Under the pieces are notes generated by a model that was not told the origin of the DNA, ran no database searches, and saw only the letters and a list, made by a program, of their open reading frames with translations. Both the position numbers and the translations under genes were made by a program. Below, piece after piece: positions 12,001 to 19,830 of a stretch of 64,000 bases of DNA; positions within the stretch are counted from its first letter, which is position 1, and each line of letters begins with the position of its first letter. The stretch is from a virus. Lineage: Duplodnaviria > Caudoviricetes. The stretch is taken from the IMG/VR virus record IMGVR_UViG_3300012344_000018, positions 32,238 to 96,237 of that record. One strand, given 5' to 3'.

Positions 12001-12544
12001 AAAGAAAATCTTCATTACTTTTATAGCTAAGAAGTTGATTTGTGGCTCTAAGTGTATTTTCTTTTGTACTAGGAACATTTCTAACTTTCATAAGTTTTGT
12101 AGCTAATTGTTTAGCAATAAACTTGATAGTTCTATTTGCATAATAATTAGCTCTATCATCTTTATGGTCAGAATCTTTTCCTTTAAGAACATCAGATATA
12201 TAGAAAGTCAAAATATTATTAGCAGCAACTCTATTAGCTGCAACTTTAGCTTGACTATTAGCATAACCAAATCTCTGAATAGTATCAGCATATTTAGACT
12301 TACTAGTTTGATAAGCAACATTAAAATGTTTAGATTCATAGAAATCCATAGCATCTTTTGCTGCATCATCAGTTTTACGATAATCATCAAATTCTTTAGT
12401 AAATCCACTATCTGTATTAGGATTATAAACTAGAGCTGTAATAGTGTTAAACTTTACATTATTAACTCCACACATTTCTTTGAGACGGGTTCCAGTCTCA
12501 GTAGCAGCAAATCTTTTTGCATCTACATTACAACTACCATTCAT
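1..12544 (-). CDS. Giant virion RNA polymerase (crAss-like ejected RNAP subunit), >4,180 aa, 3' end beyond the window
   Basis: Missing from the ORF track because there is no stop in the window. ATG at 12544 (MNGSCNVDAKRF...). The same frame reads IGYRIPTEGKQSVCVMKVVGFLDDAQGSTIVVPDDWVSQTGSDFDIDSVY, with the catalytic DFDID at 7361-7375, and is still open at position 2 (...FERFRNFLYSP). I spot-checked the frame rather than every codon. Confidence 0.93.
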   Translation of the reverse strand, partial: MNGSCNVDAKRFAATETGTRLKEMCGVNNVKFNTITALVYNPNTDSGFTKEFDDYRKTDDAAKDAMDFYESKHFNVAYQTSKSKYADTIQRFGYANSQAKVAANRVAANNILTFYISDVLKGKDSDHKDDRANYYANRTIKFIAKQLATKLMKVRNVPSTKENTLRATNQLLSYKSNEDFLSIDKDFQTLPIEDRNTLAMFKEMLTNKAKFFNAIYAGDSRLGLLRTKSDDSVDERFDEEGLTEDTFVNDDNQDFVDGTNKEYDVDTTTARWDDNSGMGSNFMNGIDDSVRLIMFTIPKLTSTAKVDGKYSYDRSNPLGTLDFIDGKKAIATIISQCSRDNVPSFIKSIENIANNNKEMAGLIKLVDTLKSNKDFAYSFRRQFIRSIMPKTETRVEGNKEVHAISSNKEASRTQSLRFSFQNNIKHTSLTNLENHATEAIDIVNKYITRYNSGLKTNNDIRMQEAFSGIESNLSQALHTYYPDMDKNSIGSFLRTNKINGKVSVIANANILINNLASTAKAATLNQQYREENEDAKRKYRFALEEDPNAKLVIPHESIISQQSIANANELAGLLEPYSSIALQFNSRNVLGNQSSDIINSSMLTNLMNALNGTEMSTDAEGKLSPEALIQYGNYKFQGNQYNLSNILLEQRNANDKIIVYGLFKKIGDKYAPTAYARQLLNISLFNGAGNPNTGENVLYSGMSKGDYVYTGFANFFNTEKDFDSDNKYDINLANYFMRIPSDAPKNFIVRAARYAYHDANYGDLFTIENNAEVEAAINKVLTDIPKVEKSPTEAQLKQFIKVESREDYNQMIRDLRATRINRRKIRDYQILKDTNHKGSYRNGDNITIGYTYTDELGNQERYVLQGKAEFDADNNVYITNAKPYHIGNEFGSDVRQSLVSNIRREANRTGKIGDVIIDKQININHPLFQQYRNVFIQELTDMAHNINQWFVTDANGRIQRWQEGESPDHKFGEPKFKEGWGFDEESARKAYAVYEVGKGHKHFVEYNDKTKGLTFTGRLFKDDRFSITNNDGTTTNVAQNLMNELFSSLYGGDIDAYIPFTSDGDKVQVNLSKEQNDKVTQMISKFITNYVNQQVEKFDTYKGLDVAGLINDQNVADFVLNNRLAYISFNDLFEGDTKFYKDTQTFLKRSKESQASGVPYGFCDYASDYASESLAVVGSPLNNGEIQKRFASFKNPIDVQQMTKFRGITIKNTIRTSEECKVIKQFPDGHTEGADGTLVKDLVKHAGLTIEQARDLMGGPIQYKSDGTPELNKDRSIKRGGGFTGTTVNDAQSYITFEEWVRRVAGRGQLTKYLPLIEKIQNDEPLSSGDIKEFVQVQKNFYYDQYFDPISKKFVPRQIKNAEFVLVPRFIRGTQLEQVYNLMKDNNIDQLNTEETSKAGKARVLEIFDSKTGEVTQEHIDDFNAHAQAYAEYYDYNHLYTQQETPQHMDAENKAGIQIMKKIIDNISPLSPLYAKKQEFFRLYSANIKDSFNTLADEINIPRDENGNIKFNDDGTISGIDYKMFFSKLKEECMRLGLDSNMMDYVTLIENEVVNPMTGRPNPNMPMILSNAISKLESVSQSVFNRNITRQKLPGFHAAQITNVGFKADKQHIVKGSTINKELKYHPNGKRYIEIMLPKSNFGFAKNEDGSYKEADEIRDENGNIIGGLLKQLQDASLDTLIGYRIPTEGKQSVCVMKVVGFLDDAQGSTIVVPDDWVSQTGSDFDIDSVYGIQYSSYVDKRGNIRKQSYSETLDIYDYANYVNRHLEKADKIKDKSVKAAFEQLNKEIDEQFEKSRKELSAEESEAYEALSDETKQLVKDAHTAFESQAVKNEKTGKLTKDSYLKQLQFVADYIRENKSNLDEADNNFISIHEDMVDSISNEYINKKNFKSDKAKAILQARIDKFNNAAKKLGLMTYDEYLSQNVENANTRNARNNRLLDDMIDILQSDESLEENLSRSNFDDIISARDKVINPVVKEIRKARSPYDFLEQADYQEDVMSGAKLKAFSVTRDTFVSVCNTVRPTINSDNTIQINYHYKDNKQLKELINRFGKDNVKDLGNSKCTITHTRIGWSEDNKNVDGRILTAYTSQTTAHILDAVKEGAIPNVNDFTFAVYKTLPDIGSNYDTTCAFIMQPAITRIVNEYNANKSIYVEETSKPIENAIKKLAIELNIGVTEEDSVQKAIDKINTVLKTNYSLTDNNRIILDYDDLAARINEEDGQTNPPVERLLFDLNILFAYNDINKLAQGISSLARVCNPDRFGAKQTIFATNKVFRDIETIVNGDNARQHSVLDVTKEDGSSISFLESIYPGLIVDNNGIKSYDLYHYMTQSIDSDSAYPSLHCFLKYATSTSTSINSMLFDTQANWFKDIIYSLEDSFSDNTRQINEKEYSDFQQYVLSGIYNNTPAIRMTVNPIFNQDGTFAQFSLNNDSDEIAERQRIFGYNASSDIKFAVNDIVYPTQKEIETFAKLTPAQKVAWLQVNTEDAGIFGLCKVNLFNQYEAQQTGQSKQTISFKDDTVDIETAYMMFDQAINSDNPLIKLAAIDMIKYAFVVENFKMRRNAINKFITNDSLKDNSLFGGVSLVKQILEEFNNKVSDYGVAEDYIRSHSDASFIYHKTETKTKVGKRLVNELNKNRKSRELLRFDLSDTTDLENTISELQGEINNETDEEERKRISKEIKDFKDRLNKLKEDRRLAIKYGVITDTSTRQIPNDFRSNSYVEIKTKKTADKEYRSILYKIQSIGTTVYAYPINKLDENETSGISLTKENNKFKPEAFYLDYINEIEKNNGENLELEDINELASKYNLGIKYKKLKNERVFDLNHPDKYNEGAARAAIQDIVAKYPTSNGKEFTIQNIYLSRMVNYRFGHQQHIVSNYIDAETGDDGTIDTNFVFRKYSPNEISRLGDLGIIVAPNTVVVKEVPKVENKNIILDTNEKKYATILDYSIDAYRDMSRRANEGDYEARRQVRKLGEKGFEGKKVQFSNEEEKVYGAISDYVRTKVEQVNSNLNQFFADENGHYHSVVEAETINYIRNNPMEQRRFLKTLLDARALITKYGDIVSVKVDKTKQSDNTINYIQKIQDNIKSLINSSNLEQAETLFATDYLAKLSDNPMIQNNIISVFDGFHSTSWFDAWVGDLQDSGNAFVQVITRNVMADIRAKEMQAMKRVESFNKELDKIFADARRDGVNLSFDDIIDKDGRSIRPYNEKFESDYKAIAKELREAKANRIDNPKDYILAQHKYDKFLLDHVNRRFVDDYYKELYDNDEEMIAHHMPIFEEYTKLRAQIAKINEGRINGVLDPADESKLKDLQSKILELRSTIDFNTYEEKESFVIGYPGARVNDKGEVIEIVDEERYRKARTNNYADCKALDNYLAKINEIRNKYNDNKVKKGFEEQLNKNLDIIETAEARDAYGRLRVPVSQLEANEDYKRAKAWLAANAKWTIDPDIQKEIHEAYKSLGYKGNRSEVFKAVTKKLVKEGKVTYDEYGRIDGSAYSDEYQQKIKEEAERKYDINKFGTCSDRILISNAPEDNTVYPTEIYRRMSSNGIPNEEYQKIVKQVNDILRPYYDVSTKHIETSQMTEEDLNKLYDAYQPLFAGIKKTVDGTNGKSIGWFIRNYVDLNSYNETAFNLERERAKAKGDKYYKAWERVNMMGIPKVDDKFQVVTDSEGNIVYDESKPRVPNRYLYSALKVDMDKYLKNKSGKKAAALRQEMEAKTKALNTIGKYLETVNTPYYEAELKKQRAKGDKEFKEWYERNHVYNPFTHLFEPTLIWRKTQVIPRYDNGTWTAGYSQTELEPKGAYKNANYREGLGNIDNYKKSTDTTYDSNKVLNSHQQRLLDYLNSTLRSLAKTESAKRYIGHGYMPMMSKGREHNARWWGSQFLEFLGYSDKLQNGRDPFYHIDYADDRTIDMPMLMKELRSKDSINIENIRKTKPNRTSYTDEEEYNKAMADYNARIEEAESKNKAIHEALMNRDYRTVISNFITQAAHFNAIQDNKYMLFYGKEMLDRMEVYEKNLGWSNLKRDGQRGAKDEINYLKQKDTRLQGQYENWIRRLIYNQFKESNANYTKAASVMQAFTSAKFMMLNITGGIGNITVGESSIAGEYIAKDFFDKSDYLKGKEMWVNAVPSFLRGLYNDKSTTLADAICKEFNVVDFDQLAGISDGNKLDAGTAFERFRNFLYSP

Positions 12545-12572
12545 AGCTTTAATTTTATTATTATGTTAAACG

Positions 12573-12609
12573 AAAAAGTTCTAGAGGCTTTTAAAATGTC
12601 CTCTAGAAC
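12573..12609 (-). terminator. Intrinsic terminator-like hairpin between the 2396-aa cargo gene and the vRNAP gene
   Basis: GTTCTAGAGG/CCTCTAGAAC stem followed by a T-run on the minus strand. Confidence 0.55.
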
Positions 12610-12633
12610 CATGAATTGTTATTAATGAATAAT

Positions 12634-15600
12634 CTATCGACAAGTGATAGAAACTTCTCCTTGCTCTATCAGTGAAGCAAATTTGGCTTGTTCTGACAAT
12701 GGAAGACTTGTAATAGAATCGAAAACTGTTGAATATGATGAAATACTTCTATCAGGAACAGAAGAATAATCTATATCTTCATCTTCATCAAATTCATCTT
12801 CTGTAACTTCATCAACATTATCATCTATAAGTCCATTATCTTCTGACTTATCTTCATCTTCTTCTGATTGAAGTGTTTCTTTAGGAATATCTTCAGTTTC
12901 ACTTTCTTGTTGTGGTACAACATTATCAATTTTTGTTTGTTCAGTTTCATCTTCTTTAAAATTTAAAGTTCCTTCTTGACTTTTACTTTTAGTTTTTTTC
13001 TCATTACTAAATGCTTTAGCAAGAGTATTAAACTCTTTAGCTCTAAGAGATTCATCAGCTATATCAAATCCAAATATATTATTGATAAACTCCATAATCC
13101 TTTGCCATATAGATTTAGTACCTTTATTAAGATGCTCACCTTCTACATGAACAGAATTAAGATATTGAATAAGACCTTCAGAAGTAAGACTTTCTACTAT
13201 AAATTCTTCAATAGCAGTATCTTCTTTATTCTTATCAAGAAGCTTATCAAACTTATATTCAGCTATATGATTAATAAATTCTTTAGCATGATTTTCATCT
13301 TTGAAAATATTATCATGTCTAGCATTTACTTCATTGAATTTACCAGCAGCTAAATCAAGAATATCAGCATCTATAGCTTGAGTAAAATCATCATAAATAG
13401 TTTTAAGTTGTCGTTTAGCTTTAGCTTTATTACGACTAGCATTAATTTGTTTATGAAGATTTTCATGAATTAAAACTCTAGCAGCACGATTACCACCACC
13501 AAGATTAGAATTAGAAGCTATATTAAGCCAATCTTTACCTACAACAATACTATTTGTTTTAGGGTCAAAATAAGCTACAACTCCAGGGTCACCATTTTCT
13601 TTAGTTTTTTCTGCTTGAATTGCTTCATCATCAAAAGTAATATTTTCAGGAAACAAACCATCAAGAACAGTTGAATATTTATGACCTTTAACTTTATTTT
13701 TAAGAGCTTCATAATTTTGTGTTGCTTGGTCTGACATTAATCGTTCTGCAATAGCTGCACCTTTAGAAACAATATCTTTATCGTTAAGTATATTAGTAAT
13801 ATCTGCTTGAAGAGTATCAGTAGGAGTAGATTCATCAAGTTCTTCTACGGGGGGGTTCTCTTGCTCTAGTTTATCATGTATCTCTATATTCAAAGTTTGA
13901 TTACCACCTTGTTTTCTAATAGCAACTCTTCTATAATTAGAACTATTCTCTTGAGCTAAATCTACTCTAAGAAGATTATTACCAATAAGAAATCCATTAT
14001 AAGAACTAGTGTTTATATTAAAAGCATTATTTCCATTATAAGCAGAAATATTAATATGAAATCCTTCATTATCATAATGAATAAATTTATTCTTAATAGG
14101 CATACTTCTATTATTATCAGCAGCTACAAGAGTAGAATTTATATTAACTCTAGTATTTTCTCTAATATCATCTTCGAGTAAAAGTCTAGCTTCAGCAAAT
14201 GCTACATTTCTTTTACCTTCAGAAGTTTCAACTTTAATCATATTAGGAACATTACCTAACTTATTCTTAGCAAATAAAGTATATTTATTTCCATTATCAC
14301 AAATAAGTTGAACATTTCCATAATTATCATAATAAACTCTTATACCAGCAAGAATGCCATTTTTATCAAAAGAATAAATATTAGCAATTAAATCTCTAAC
14401 GTCATTCCAATCGTTAATATCTTTTATATTGTCAAGTCTTTCTTGAACTTGACCTATAACAGATTCAACTAAAGTTTCAAGAACTTGATTTCTAGGTATT
14501 TCAGTTTCTCTACCATTATGAATATATGTCATTGGTCTAAGAGTAATAGGATAAGCTGCAACATAATCAATAGTACCATTTGTATTAGGAAGACAAAGAT
14601 ATGTTTGATTATTTCTAGAACTTCCAGTAGTACCATAAGTTTGATTACCTAACCCAGATATTAAAACATAACCATTAGTACCTACACCAATATAAGCTTC
14701 TGTTCCAGCACTCAAAGCTGTTGCAATAGGAGCTGCAACTTCTGCTGTATTTCTAGTAGTTCCATCTGTCTTAAGTTCTTTATCTTTAGCTCTTATTACT
14801 TCACCTTTAGACATCATACCTACAGTAATTCTAAACTCACCATCAGCAATCATATTAGCAGCAGATATTTCAGCTCTAAGTTTATTATAATAATTATCTA
14901 TAGAACTACCTAAATCTTCATGAAATATATCAGTATCGTCTTTAAATTCATAATTATATCTCCATATTTTAGCAATACCTTCTAAAGCTTTATCATAAGT
15001 AGAACCTTGTTCTTGATTTATTTTTAGAATACCAGCTTTAACTGCTTGTTGTATTCTAGGATGAGTTGCAAAAGCAGTAGCTAATTGTTTACGTTCTTCT
15101 TTTGTAAGTTTATCGAAAGCCGCTCTATAAACAATATCATCGAGAGTAGCAAAATCTCCTTCACGACTAAGAACTTGTTTAAAGAAAGTTTTAGCAGCTC
15201 CATCATTCTCTTCTCTAGTTAAATCTAATTCATGTAACCAACAATCAGCAACTCTAGTATTTCTACCAGTAATGGGATTTACAGCAGATAATGCTTGCCA
15301 ACCTATAGTAACACCATTATGTTTATAAAGAATAACTTGAGTGGATTTATTACCTTTATTACCTATTTCTACTTCAAGTTCATCTCCAGATTGAACTAAA
15401 GATAATTCTTTTTCAGCAGCTTTTATACCATCTTCGTCAAGAACTTCAGAAAGATTATTGATATTAATCTGATTAAGATAATTACCAGTAATTCTTTCTA
15501 TATTTCTTTGATAAGTAGTTTTATGACTATCTCTTAAATATCCAGCTCTATCTACTTGATTTTCATCAGTAAGAACAAATAATTGTTTTGCTTCATCAGT

Positions 15601-18600
15601 TTTAAGATAATTCTTAATAGCATCAAATATAAAATCAGAAGATTCAGCTCCTTGTGTTACATTTTCAACATATCTAAGAATATCTTCAAGACGACCATAA
15701 TATTTTCCATTACGTAAAGGAAGATTTACATTAGAAGCATATTCCTTAAGAAAATCATTGGCTACTTTATTATATTGTTGAGTAAGTTCATTAAATCTAT
15801 CAAGTGCTTTATCAGCAGTCATTATAATTAAATCAGGAATAGAAGCAAATTTCTTACTCTTAGCTTTCATCATTTGTTGAACTTTCTCAGGAAGTTTAAA
15901 CCACGTATCAGTCATTTCTTTAGCTTCTTCTTCACTAAATCCAAGTTTAACAGCTTCATCAATATATTCTTGTTTAGCAACAGATAAATCTAAATCAGGA
16001 TTACTCTTAACATCATTAAGAATCTTTCTACTCATTCTATCTTTAAATTCATCTTGTTCTTCAAGAGTAGGACCTTTCTTTTCTTCAACTTTAGTTTCTT
16101 CTTTAGGTTTAGTCTGAGGCTCTTCTTCAGGTTTAGTTTCTTCTTCTGTTTGATTAGCTTGGTCATTAGATGTTTGACTTCCAGTTTCTATTGAGAACCC
16201 CCCCGTAGAAGAGTCTGCTGTATTTTCATTATCTTGAGTTTGTTCTTCTTTTTGTTTTTCAGCTTCTTCTAGAGATTTTTCATAAGCATCTACATCAGCT
16301 TGAGTACCAAGTTTACCTCTCTCAAAAGATACAACATTACCTTCATTATCAAATTTAACATAAGGGTTATAAACTATTTGAACTTCAGGATTAGTTGCAA
16401 TATCAGTATTGGTATAAAATCTATCATCAGTAATACTTGTACCAGTAACTTCATAAGTTCCATCTTCTCCAGCTATAAGTTCATATCCATTATCTACATT
16501 ATTAGCTTTTGTAGGATTGCCATCAGTATCAAATTTGAAATCTATTGATTTCTTTGGTGTGAACTCTTGTTTCTGTTGAGTAACATTCGTTTTTTGCTTA
16601 TTTGCTGGCTTTGTATTCGATTGTTTATTATCAGATGATGAATTATCCACCGATTGTGATTCAGTGGATTCTGTATGCTTTTCTGTGTCTTTTTTTGTCG
16701 ATGATTGATTATTACTTGTATTATCTTGACCATTAGTGTCAGTACTTGTATCTACACTATCATCTTTAGTAGTATTATCATCAATAGTTTTATCTTCAGA
16801 ATCTTTAGCTTTATTTCTAGCATCTTTAATCTTATTACGCATATTAAGTAACTCTTGAATCTGTTTTCCAAGACGATAATTAAGACCAGAATTAAGATGA
16901 AGTATATCAAGAGCTTCTTTAAAAGATGACTTTTCAGAAGTAGTCATAAAAGAAGTAGCCGCATCAAAATCATCATTATTATCTACATAATAAGCATCAA
17001 CTGCATTTTGAATAGATTTGTTTTGTTCATCATTATATTTATCTGCAAGTTCGTTAATAAGCTTATAACTATTATCAATAACTTTCTTTCTAGTTTCATT
17101 CATTGTGTTTTGAAGGAAACTTAATTCTTGAGAAAGAGTATCAGCATTAGTTACAAGTTGAGCTTGATTATATCTTCTATTAAGTTCTATATCAGAACGA
17201 GTAACAAGAAGTTTACTAAATGTATCACTAGGAAGACCAACTTTATCAGCTTTAACAATAAGATTATTAATTTCAGTAGTACTAATATTATGTTTATTAA
17301 GTTGGTCTAAAACATTATCAGTACTTTCAAAATTAGCAAGTCTTTCATTAAACTTATATTTCTTAGCAAAAGCTTTAAAGTTAGCCACTATTTGAGCATC
17401 GGTTTGTTTTTCAGCACCAGTAACATCTTTACCTTTAAATATATTATCAAACTCTTCTCCTATATTAGTAGCATTTCTAACAATTTGACCATTTTCATCA
17501 AAATCAGAATTAATCATGTGAGCAACAGTTAGACGATATTCATTATCATCTAACATTTCACTATATTCTTTAAGAGTTCTATCTATATTATCAATAGCTA
17601 CTTTATCACTAAGAGTAAGCTTATTCTTCATAAGACGTTCCTCCCCGGCATAAAGTGCCGCCATAGTATTGCTTATAAGAGCATGACTAGCAGCAGCTCT
17701 AAATTGTTCAGGAGTATATTTATTACCAAGAACTTTTTGAATATCTTCATTAGAAAAAGCATCAGCAATAAGTTTATCATATTGTTGTTCTCTAAGACCA
17801 AGAGCCTGAATAGTTTGTTGATACTTAACGTTATTGCTAGCAATTCCTTGAAGATATTCGATAGGAACTATATCATTCTTATGAGCTTTATTTAAAGCAT
17901 TATTATCTACAAGATTAATAAGTTTAGATAAATTATTAGTATAACTATCAATAGTATTATCTATCTTGACAAGAAGTCTTTGTTGATGTTCTTTAGATTC
18001 TGCTTCATTAATTACACCTTTATTTACCATAGCTTTACGAACTTCATCACTAGACATAAAAGCTTTAAGATAATCAAGATTACCTTTATGTGCAGCATTT
18101 AAAGTCATATCTGTAATAAAGTCATTATCTGCTTTTTGCTTAGCAGCAGATGTATCACTTTCGCCTTTTAGAGTTTTATCATCTTCTCCTATAGAATAAG
18201 GATTTTTTCCATCTTTAATTTGTTGAGCACGTTGAATATATCTATTAGTAATAGCAGACCAACTATTCATATCTTCTCTACGAGACTTAATTTCTCCTAG
18301 TTCACTAATACTAAAAGGAGATTTCTTTTTACTTTCTCCAGTTTGACTATCAGGCTTAGCATTAGCTCTATCTTCTAATGTTTGTTGAAGTCTTCCAAAA
18401 CCACTACCTAAATGTTGAAATACAACACCACCCATAACTCCCCAAAAAGCAGAATCATAAATAGCTCCACTCTGAAGATACTTTTGAAGACGATTGTCAA
18501 AAGAAGAATGTACATCTTCACCAAGAAGTTCTTTACCTACGTGCATACCTTCTTCTTGAGCAATAGTATTAACAGCTTCTTCTATGCCTTCAGTTAATTC

Positions 18601-19824
18601 TCCAGCTATAACTACTTTTTCTCCTTTAAGTCTATCTGTCAAATTATGTCTAGCTTTAGTCCATTTAGAAAGGTTTTGTTGATACTTTTCAAATTCTTCA
18701 GCAGTTCTACCAACTCTAGCTTTTTGTTCTCTAAGAACTTTATTAAGAACTCCAGCATCTTCACCAGACTTAATTCCTTTCCACATATTTCTAAGTCCAT
18801 ACATTTGAAGAATATCAAATCCAATATTCCAATAATTAAATTTAAAATCTTCATCAGCAGAACGTTTAGCAATACGACGAGCAATAGCATCTTTATTAGA
18901 TGAATCACCTCCAGCTTCTTCAACAAGTTGTTGATTTTTATTTATAAAATCAGCATATTCTTGCTCATTCATACTATTAAGTTTATTAGAAGCTTCATCA
19001 TACATATCTTTATATACACCTTGAGCTTCTTGATAATTCTCCATAGTACGTTGAAGAAGAGCATTAGTAGAAAGACTTGCAAGTCTTCCGACATTACTTT
19101 CTATTCCTCCACCTGTTGCAGCAACTATTCCTTTTTGAAAACCATTTAAAACTTTACCTTCATCAATAGCCTTATTAACTCCAGATAAAGCTCTAAGACC
19201 TTTACGAGTTCTAGCTCCAACTTTAGCAAGTTTTCCAAGATAGCCAATACCTTTAGTAATACCAGTACTAGGAATAAGAAGAGTAAGACTACTCATAACA
19301 CTAGGAAGATTACTAGCCCACCAACCAAAATTAGTAAGACCACCATGTAGTATATCAGCACGAGTTGGGTCACTATAAATAGGAGCAACATTATTATCAA
19401 AATAATGTTGCCATTCTTGAAGTTTATTACTTATAGGATTTTGATAATCTCCATCTGATTGAAGAAAACCATTAGTAATAGCATCAAATAAATCAGGAAA
19501 CGATTTAAGAGTTCCAAGAACAGTTTGTGAAACAACAGCTTGAGCTAAAGAATTAAAACCTTTAGTCCAATTAGATTGAGCATCAGCTAATTCTTTATCT
19601 AGATTAGGAGAAACTCTATTAGGAGTAATACCATATCTTTCATATTTACTTGCTCCTTCAAACACAAAATTAGAAGGATTAGCTTTATAAAAAGTATCTG
19701 CCAATCCTCCTTGTTGAGGACTGGCACTAATTATAGTTTTAGGTTGTTTATTTTTCTTAGATTTACTCCAAAGAGGATTAAGAACTTCATAACCACCTTT
19801 ATTTATAAATTGACTTGTATCCAT
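12634..19824 (-). CDS. Large virion cargo / RNAP-associated protein with a C-terminal zincin-like domain (2396 aa)
   Basis: Adjacent to the vRNAP. Has HExxH (LIHENLH) followed by EEFIVE, hydrophobic Gly-rich N-terminal segments and an acidic linker. Confidence 0.75.
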   Translation of the reverse strand: MDTSQFINKGGYEVLNPLWSKSKKNKQPKTIISASPQQGGLADTFYKANPSNFVFEGASKYERYGITPNRVSPNLDKELADAQSNWTKGFNSLAQAVVSQTVLGTLKSFPDLFDAITNGFLQSDGDYQNPISNKLQEWQHYFDNNVAPIYSDPTRADILHGGLTNFGWWASNLPSVMSSLTLLIPSTGITKGIGYLGKLAKVGARTRKGLRALSGVNKAIDEGKVLNGFQKGIVAATGGGIESNVGRLASLSTNALLQRTMENYQEAQGVYKDMYDEASNKLNSMNEQEYADFINKNQQLVEEAGGDSSNKDAIARRIAKRSADEDFKFNYWNIGFDILQMYGLRNMWKGIKSGEDAGVLNKVLREQKARVGRTAEEFEKYQQNLSKWTKARHNLTDRLKGEKVVIAGELTEGIEEAVNTIAQEEGMHVGKELLGEDVHSSFDNRLQKYLQSGAIYDSAFWGVMGGVVFQHLGSGFGRLQQTLEDRANAKPDSQTGESKKKSPFSISELGEIKSRREDMNSWSAITNRYIQRAQQIKDGKNPYSIGEDDKTLKGESDTSAAKQKADNDFITDMTLNAAHKGNLDYLKAFMSSDEVRKAMVNKGVINEAESKEHQQRLLVKIDNTIDSYTNNLSKLINLVDNNALNKAHKNDIVPIEYLQGIASNNVKYQQTIQALGLREQQYDKLIADAFSNEDIQKVLGNKYTPEQFRAAASHALISNTMAALYAGEERLMKNKLTLSDKVAIDNIDRTLKEYSEMLDDNEYRLTVAHMINSDFDENGQIVRNATNIGEEFDNIFKGKDVTGAEKQTDAQIVANFKAFAKKYKFNERLANFESTDNVLDQLNKHNISTTEINNLIVKADKVGLPSDTFSKLLVTRSDIELNRRYNQAQLVTNADTLSQELSFLQNTMNETRKKVIDNSYKLINELADKYNDEQNKSIQNAVDAYYVDNNDDFDAATSFMTTSEKSSFKEALDILHLNSGLNYRLGKQIQELLNMRNKIKDARNKAKDSEDKTIDDNTTKDDSVDTSTDTNGQDNTSNNQSSTKKDTEKHTESTESQSVDNSSSDNKQSNTKPANKQKTNVTQQKQEFTPKKSIDFKFDTDGNPTKANNVDNGYELIAGEDGTYEVTGTSITDDRFYTNTDIATNPEVQIVYNPYVKFDNEGNVVSFERGKLGTQADVDAYEKSLEEAEKQKEEQTQDNENTADSSTGGFSIETGSQTSNDQANQTEEETKPEEEPQTKPKEETKVEEKKGPTLEEQDEFKDRMSRKILNDVKSNPDLDLSVAKQEYIDEAVKLGFSEEEAKEMTDTWFKLPEKVQQMMKAKSKKFASIPDLIIMTADKALDRFNELTQQYNKVANDFLKEYASNVNLPLRNGKYYGRLEDILRYVENVTQGAESSDFIFDAIKNYLKTDEAKQLFVLTDENQVDRAGYLRDSHKTTYQRNIERITGNYLNQININNLSEVLDEDGIKAAEKELSLVQSGDELEVEIGNKGNKSTQVILYKHNGVTIGWQALSAVNPITGRNTRVADCWLHELDLTREENDGAAKTFFKQVLSREGDFATLDDIVYRAAFDKLTKEERKQLATAFATHPRIQQAVKAGILKINQEQGSTYDKALEGIAKIWRYNYEFKDDTDIFHEDLGSSIDNYYNKLRAEISAANMIADGEFRITVGMMSKGEVIRAKDKELKTDGTTRNTAEVAAPIATALSAGTEAYIGVGTNGYVLISGLGNQTYGTTGSSRNNQTYLCLPNTNGTIDYVAAYPITLRPMTYIHNGRETEIPRNQVLETLVESVIGQVQERLDNIKDINDWNDVRDLIANIYSFDKNGILAGIRVYYDNYGNVQLICDNGNKYTLFAKNKLGNVPNMIKVETSEGKRNVAFAEARLLLEDDIRENTRVNINSTLVAADNNRSMPIKNKFIHYDNEGFHINISAYNGNNAFNINTSSYNGFLIGNNLLRVDLAQENSSNYRRVAIRKQGGNQTLNIEIHDKLEQENPPVEELDESTPTDTLQADITNILNDKDIVSKGAAIAERLMSDQATQNYEALKNKVKGHKYSTVLDGLFPENITFDDEAIQAEKTKENGDPGVVAYFDPKTNSIVVGKDWLNIASNSNLGGGNRAARVLIHENLHKQINASRNKAKAKRQLKTIYDDFTQAIDADILDLAAGKFNEVNARHDNIFKDENHAKEFINHIAEYKFDKLLDKNKEDTAIEEFIVESLTSEGLIQYLNSVHVEGEHLNKGTKSIWQRIMEFINNIFGFDIADESLRAKEFNTLAKAFSNEKKTKSKSQEGTLNFKEDETEQTKIDNVVPQQESETEDIPKETLQSEEDEDKSEDNGLIDDNVDEVTEDEFDEDEDIDYSSVPDRSISSYSTVFDSITSLPLSEQAKFASLIEQGEVSITCR

Positions 19825-19830
19825 ATCTTT

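Noticed and set aside
394-12433. Many short Ile/Phe/Ser-rich ORFs on both strands (and similar ones throughout the window)
   Set aside because: Antisense or alternative-frame shadows of long minus-strand genes; composition reflects the reverse complement of biased codons
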